A DNA stretch of 64,000 nt, from positions 17,298,001 to 17,362,000 of the forward strand of contig OX597831.1 of NCBI GenBank assembly GCA_951406725.2, given 5' to 3'. The notes under the pieces were generated by a model. It did not search any database. It was not told where the DNA came from and was given only the letters and a program-made list of their open reading frames with translations. The position numbers were made by a program, and so were the translations under genes. Below are positions 58,285 through 64,000 of this stretch, one piece after another. Within the stretch, counting starts at the first letter, position 1, and each line of letters starts with the position of its first letter. Source of the stretch: Octopus vulgaris (taxonomy: Eukaryota).

Positions 58285-58795
58285 TTCAACGTTTATCAGT
58301 AAAAGTTTCACCTATTATTACCATCAACAATACCTTGAAACGAACAAAAAGGAACGCAGTGTAAATAACGGACAGTCAAAACTATTGAAAGAGTTGGAAG
58401 AGGTAAATTTTAGGAAGAAAAAAGAAAAACGTGGAAATTTTACCGTTGAGTGTGTTACATAATAAGGCACAAAAAGGAAATGACTCTCACCAGACAATAG
58501 AAAATGCTTCAACACCAGAACTCATATAAAGAATCTTGCAACCAAATCCAAAACAGAAATCTTGAATATTTTCTGGTTGATTTTGTAACCATTAGTTTCA
58601 AAATTGTAATCAGTAGATGACCTTGAAGTTAGAAGAATGAAGAAAATATGAAACAGAGAAAGTAATAAGATTCGGGTGTTTACTTCCTTCGCCACGGATT
58701 TCAAATAACTAGCATTTGTTGAACCAATAAAAATTACAGAACAATGCAAAGAAATCGTTATTGCATAATTCTTTTTTAACTTTAAATTAATAACA

Positions 58796-60721
58796 TTATA
58801 GAGTAAAGACAAGAGGAAATGATATTCTTTGACCAAACATCTGAAACGAGAATCGTAGACAATGCATGCATTTAAATTCAAAGTAACTTGGTATAAATTA
58901 TACGAGACAGTTTTTGTTTACAGAAGGGAAGTCTAAAATGTGCATAGTCTGCCTATTGAGGATTAATGCCAGAGCTCTGCATTCTTGCATTCATTAATTT
59001 GAATGTTACAGCATTTCAACTTTTACTAGTAACTGACATCTGCCAGTTCACAGCGACTTCAAACACAAGTACAGACGTTCATGGGCGACAGACAAATGAT
59101 TATAAATCAAGTATTCAATGATATTAGTTTATCGCCTGAGAATTTTTACTATATTCACTTCAAGGCATTTTGCATGGCAACGAATTCTTCTCGGTGCAGA
59201 CGGATCTGTTCACGGGAAAATCTGAAACTGTGTAAAGCAGGTGCAGTTGCTTTTATTGGATCTTAATTAACACCGTATTGCCGTATTGCCTTTATCACTC
59301 TGACCTAGCGAAAACGACACAAGACACCCATACGAACCTACTCCTAATAAAGTCAAGTTGTTTCATTTGTAGGAATGTTGATAGACTATTGGGATGCAAA
59401 GTAATTGTGCTTATTGACTGCCTCCAAAAGGGCCATAATATCAATGGATGGTAATATGACAATTTGCTGATTTAAGGTGAAAATACCTATTGACACACAA
59501 CGCCCAGGAAAACAGACGAAACGACTTATGTTCTATAAGGAAAATGATCCAGCACAAACGTCAGTGTTTTTCATGGCTGCTGGTATTTGAACTCGTAATT
59601 ATGCCATTTATTCTCCTAATTTGGTCCCATCTCATTACCATCCACTCCCAAAACCAACAGTATTATTTGCTGGCATCCCCTCTCACTATCAATAATTCAC
59701 CAATATAAGGCGGCGAGCTGGCAGAATCGTTAGCGCGTCGGGCGAAATGCTTATCTTTATTTCGTCTGCCGCTACTTTGTGAGTTCAAATTCCGCCGAGG
59801 TCGACTTTGCCTTTCATCCTTTCGGGGTCGATTGAGTAAGTACCAGTTACGCACTGGGGTCGATATAATCGACTTAATCCGTTTGTCAGGTTCTTGTTTG
59901 TTCTCTCTGTGTTTAGCCCCTTGTGGGTAGTAAAGAAATAGGTATTTCGTGTGTATTTACGTCCATATTCCTTTTGGAAGAGATTAATTAAATACCAGTT
60001 GTGTACTGGGGTGGATGTAATAGACTGGTCCGCTCCTCAAATATATCGGGCCTTATGCCTAGATTAGAAAAGAATAATTCCTCAATGTGAGAGAAATAAT
60101 TTGCTGGCATCCTGTATCGCAATAATGAGGCAGTGATATCACCAAAAGGATTACAGTTTTTTCATGAATGGAATACGCGCACTAAAACAGCGCAGGAAAT
60201 ATGCATGTATTTTTCACTCAATCCTTGTATATTCATCTGGTGTTGAGATTCACCAGCAAGCTTATTGAACTAGTTCCTGATACCTTTGAATTTGAGACCC
60301 AAACATCAGGATGAAGTTACCATGAATTCAATGATCATATCTGAGTCTGGTAAGTTCAGTCTGGCGCATGATGACACAGAGTTACTCGTTCGAGCTACTT
60401 GTACGCGATAACTAATTCACTTATTCAGGTCTCAGGAACTTTACAAGGTATAAAGCAAAACACTTGAGGTATTACTAGAGCTGCTGGAGATTATAGAAGT
60501 ATTCTATATATTACAACTTTCACTATCTGAAAGTAATTCCTGAATATCATTAGATACTTCTCTCACCCAGAAAATTTATTGTTAAATGTCATAGGAGAAT
60601 ATTTTTTTCCTATAAACATATTCGGTTTAATTTAAGAATGAAACCCTGAATAGTAAAAATATTTTGAAGCAGTAGCTACAATAAAATGAAGTACATCATT
60701 ACTCTTAGACGTGTTTTCTGT
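58796..60721 (-). CDS. Gene C (3' part only): microexon 60695-60721 (TENTSKSND) and terminal exon 58796-58840 (MFGQRISFPLVFTL*); upstream exons not found in the window
   Basis: Same repeated intron unit, 27-nt microexon (ttgttttcag ... GAT|gtactt) and homologous terminal exon. Stop falls earlier than in A (TAA where A has TTA). Could be a pseudogene or continue beyond 64000. Confidence 0.65.
59709..60080 (+). mobile_element. tRNA-headed SINE inserted in the mariner remnant of the gene C intron
   Basis: ggcggcgagctggcagaatcgttagc ... gagttcaaattcc; the sequence ataattc.c.caat flanks both sides. Confidence 0.8.
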
Positions 60722-61373
60722 CTGAAAACAAAAGCAAATGTATTTCTTGGAAAGAACATTCAACAATTTAGCATTTGCTGTATGTTCAAACATTCAGGGT
60801 ATTGATATGCACATACATCGTACCATACAAGTCCCAATATAAAAATTATTTAGTATACACTTTATGTCCATTCCTTATTAAAATAAAATTATAGGCTGTA
60901 TTTAATTATCTTAACGTAGCAATAACTCAGCGATTTGTGTTTGTTATAAAATATAAAATAAGTAAAAACCAACTGATTTTTATTCCAAAGAAATCTTGGT
61001 TTATGTCTCTGCCACTGAAATTGTCTATTTTCCCCTATCCATAAATGATAGATTCTAGATTCTACTTGACTTGATAAACTAGTCTATAAATTAAAAATAA
61101 CCGCACCCCACTAGTAAATCTAAATAACAAATATAATCCATGATAAGCAGTGTCTTCCTTTGAAACATCTCAGTTACAACTACGATGTTGTTGATGAAAC
61201 ATGTTCTTTGTCTATATAAGTATCCTCTTTGTGATTTTGGATAAAAGGAATACTATAGAAATGAATCCTTCGAATTTTACTAAATTGATGTAATGTTTGC
61301 ATTGTTCAATTAAATGGAGTCGCATGAAACGATCGTACTGCATTAACTCTGGATATCCTTGTTGCTTATTTTG

Positions 61374-61463
<90 letters not shown>

Positions 61464-63480
61464 GATATATATATGTATGTGTGTGTGCATGTATATGTAT
61501 GGTGGTTGTTTAAACCTCATGCAGTGTCTGTCCACCACTTGAACTTAGACCTCAGAGGGAGGGGTTGATGCATCCTTTTAACTCCAAGAATTGTTTGAGA
61601 AGCCACGCAAATGTGTTGCATAACTGCTGTGGTCCACCAAGAGAATCAATTAAGTTCTTCGTCGATGTAAAATGTGTTTTGAAGGCTCCGTTAGATTTGC
61701 AGATAGCATGGCGTTAGATGCATTGACAAGTATGCACAGATACATAGACAGAGTAGTTAGTGGAGGTTCGATTCGAAAGCGTCCGCAAATGAGATTTTAG
61801 GCCATCAAAAGAAAAGCACGGTCTGACACAACTTGTACACAAAAATATGTTTTGGGATTTAATTCTCTCATTGATCGTAGCATATTTCTTTAAAGTTATT
61901 GGGAGTTTCGCACCGGTTATCCTGTTTCCTTCAAAAGCTTTCACTCAACGCCACATTTTCTTTCGGCATCCAGCTCGATCCGTAGTAAGGGATTTTCATC
62001 GCCTTTGTATCCATTCCAAGGGAATTGAAGATGGTCCTTATACAGGAGTCTTCAAGCAATTGTTACGTTTCCATTGAACGCGTCCTGAGCGTACGTCTAA
62101 GTGTCAGTTGACGAATAGGAAAATATCTTCCTCTCCCGTTTCAACCGCGGTACCGCAGACTGTACACTACAATATTTTCAGCCTTACATTTTACTATGAA
62201 AAAGGAAGTAAATCTGATCCCCACATCATTTTTCTTATATCATGCGCACCATGGGTTTTCAGAGGATATGCGGATTAGTTTCGGTTCACTCCAGGCTATT
62301 ATCAATAACAGTTTGGGTATGAGACGCGTGTTTGTCAAGTTAATGCCAGAAGTGGTTTGAGCTGCAAAAGTTCTTCTTCATTGGACAATGATGAAAACTC
62401 TTTGAAAACTGTTTGCAGGCCTCTAAATGGCTGGCACCAAGCTCTTCGTAAGATGTTATGTAGATTCTAAACTCAGCTTTCTCTGTCATACTAAATGCTA
62501 CATACGTCTCTTCGAAGCACTGCTGCAGACAGCAGAAGTGAACCAAAATGCTAAAACATAATGCCCATGGGCAGCAAAAACCACGTCAATCTCTGCCAAG
62601 CGGCTTTAGCTTCGTTACTTTGGCAACAATCAAGATACTTATAGATCGGACAACGTATTGTACTTATCAAAAAAATATTTAATTGTCAACAGATGGAGTT
62701 ATGTTTTAGTTGATATTATAGACATTGAATTGCACGGAACACGGCGGAAGCGCGGCATGGTAGTAATCTGATGACTGACAGAAGAAGGTATACATATATA
62801 TACTGTGAGAATCGCATGTTAATGTTTGTATTCATGTTAATCAATAATATGTAAGAAAGAAGGGAAGATGTATGTGCGTCCGTATGTGACGGGCGATTAG
62901 GTTTACTTCACCATTGCTAGATGCATTACTTAAGTTCTACAGATGGTTCTACGCTCTTTAGAATTTTCAGTTATGGAGTAAAAGACGTAATTGGACTTCT
63001 AGGACAAAAATTCAGATAAACCTTGTACGGAAACTGTTATGGACAAGGGATGTAACAAAGAGAAATTCATTGTCTACCATACACCGTAATATACGTGTGT
63101 GTGTATGAGTGTGTGTGTATGAGTGTATATGTGTGTGTGTGTGTGTATGTGTGAATCCAACCATAGCTCCTTGAGAAGTAGCATTCAGAAATTGATTGCA
63201 TTTTTTACAAAAATACAGCCTCTTTCCCCGGCCTTCGCACATCCTACAACAGTAACAGTCAAAAATTCAAACAATACATTTCCTGAAAACGTGTCCCTTC
63301 TGAATTCCGCTCAGTTTCCTCAAAGACATCTATATATACACTGGCGAAATCTTCTGTCGTTCCAATCACTTCGTTTCTCCAGACGCCAAATTAATATTTC
63401 TGCTATATATGTTTTTTTATATTTCTTCGAATATCATATTTCTCTGTCTACGGAGAAAACATTTACTACATATGTACGTG

Positions 63481-63615
<135 letters not shown>

Positions 63616-63688
63616 GCATATATATATACGCATATATATATATATACATATATATGTGCATATATATTCATACATATATGTCCTGTTA

Positions 63689-63728
<40 letters not shown>

Positions 63729-63729
<1 letters not shown>

Positions 63730-64000
63730 GAGTGAGAGAGCAGTGCATGCCATCAAAGTGACACTGGGGTAAAATATACGAAGCCCAATATACCCATCAT
63801 GACTACCCGTCTGATAAAGGTACACCAGGCACATGCATCACAACCATATGTGCGCGCCATGGTGATCTCATATAAAGATAAACAGTACATGACCTTGCAG
63901 GTGGGGCCCAGTTAGAATTTTCTTCAGTTTGAGTAGCCCATCCCGCTCAAAAGATCCCTGAATAAGGGTTGTTTAAGGACGTTGAACGAAACACCCATGT
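63729..64000 (-). mobile_element. Retroposon 3' end (same family as 6935-7480) next to (TTA)n
   Basis: Near-identical to 6935-7200. Confidence 0.75.

Noticed and set aside
58491-58622. Alternative GPI-like terminal exon (SSTDYNFETNGYKINQKIFKISVLDLVARFFI*)
   Set aside because: Needs a weak AAG acceptor and an incompatible phase, and the homologous segment at 25340-25425 is frameshifted; it lies downstream of the better terminal exon, so probably 3' UTR
59709-59800. tRNA gene (also 55620-55700)
   Set aside because: A/B-box-like heads run on into multicopy SINE bodies; no complete cloverleaf

Overview
AT-rich, microsatellite-dense eukaryotic DNA. The repeat content ((TA)n/(CA)n/(TAA)n arrays, tRNA-headed SINEs, CR1, RTE, R4/Dong and Penelope retroelements, mariner/maT remnants) looks like a coleoid cephalopod, probably Octopus; this is inferred from recalled repeat families and was not verified. 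Almost all ORF-track entries are microsatellite translations or transposon fragments. Reading splice signals by hand reveals a cluster the ORF track misses: spliced genes for small (111-113 aa) proteins with a signal peptide, a six-cysteine domain (C-x7-C-x13/16-C-x8-CFR-x5/6-C-x9/11-C) and a GPI-anchor-like hydrophobic C-terminus. Three complete models are gene D (+, 4084-11547), gene B (-, 14030-23008) and gene A (-, 25605-52890); gene C (-, 58796-60721) is present only as its 3' end. In the minus-strand genes the stalk and predicted omega site come from 27/33-nt phase-0 microexons, each sitting in a duplicated ~2-kb intron unit that carries a mariner fossil. A and B differ mostly at non-synonymous sites. 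The window also has several type I hammerhead ribozyme motifs in Penelope-like terminal repeats and palindromes, and recurrent inverted duplications centred on (TA)n tracts.
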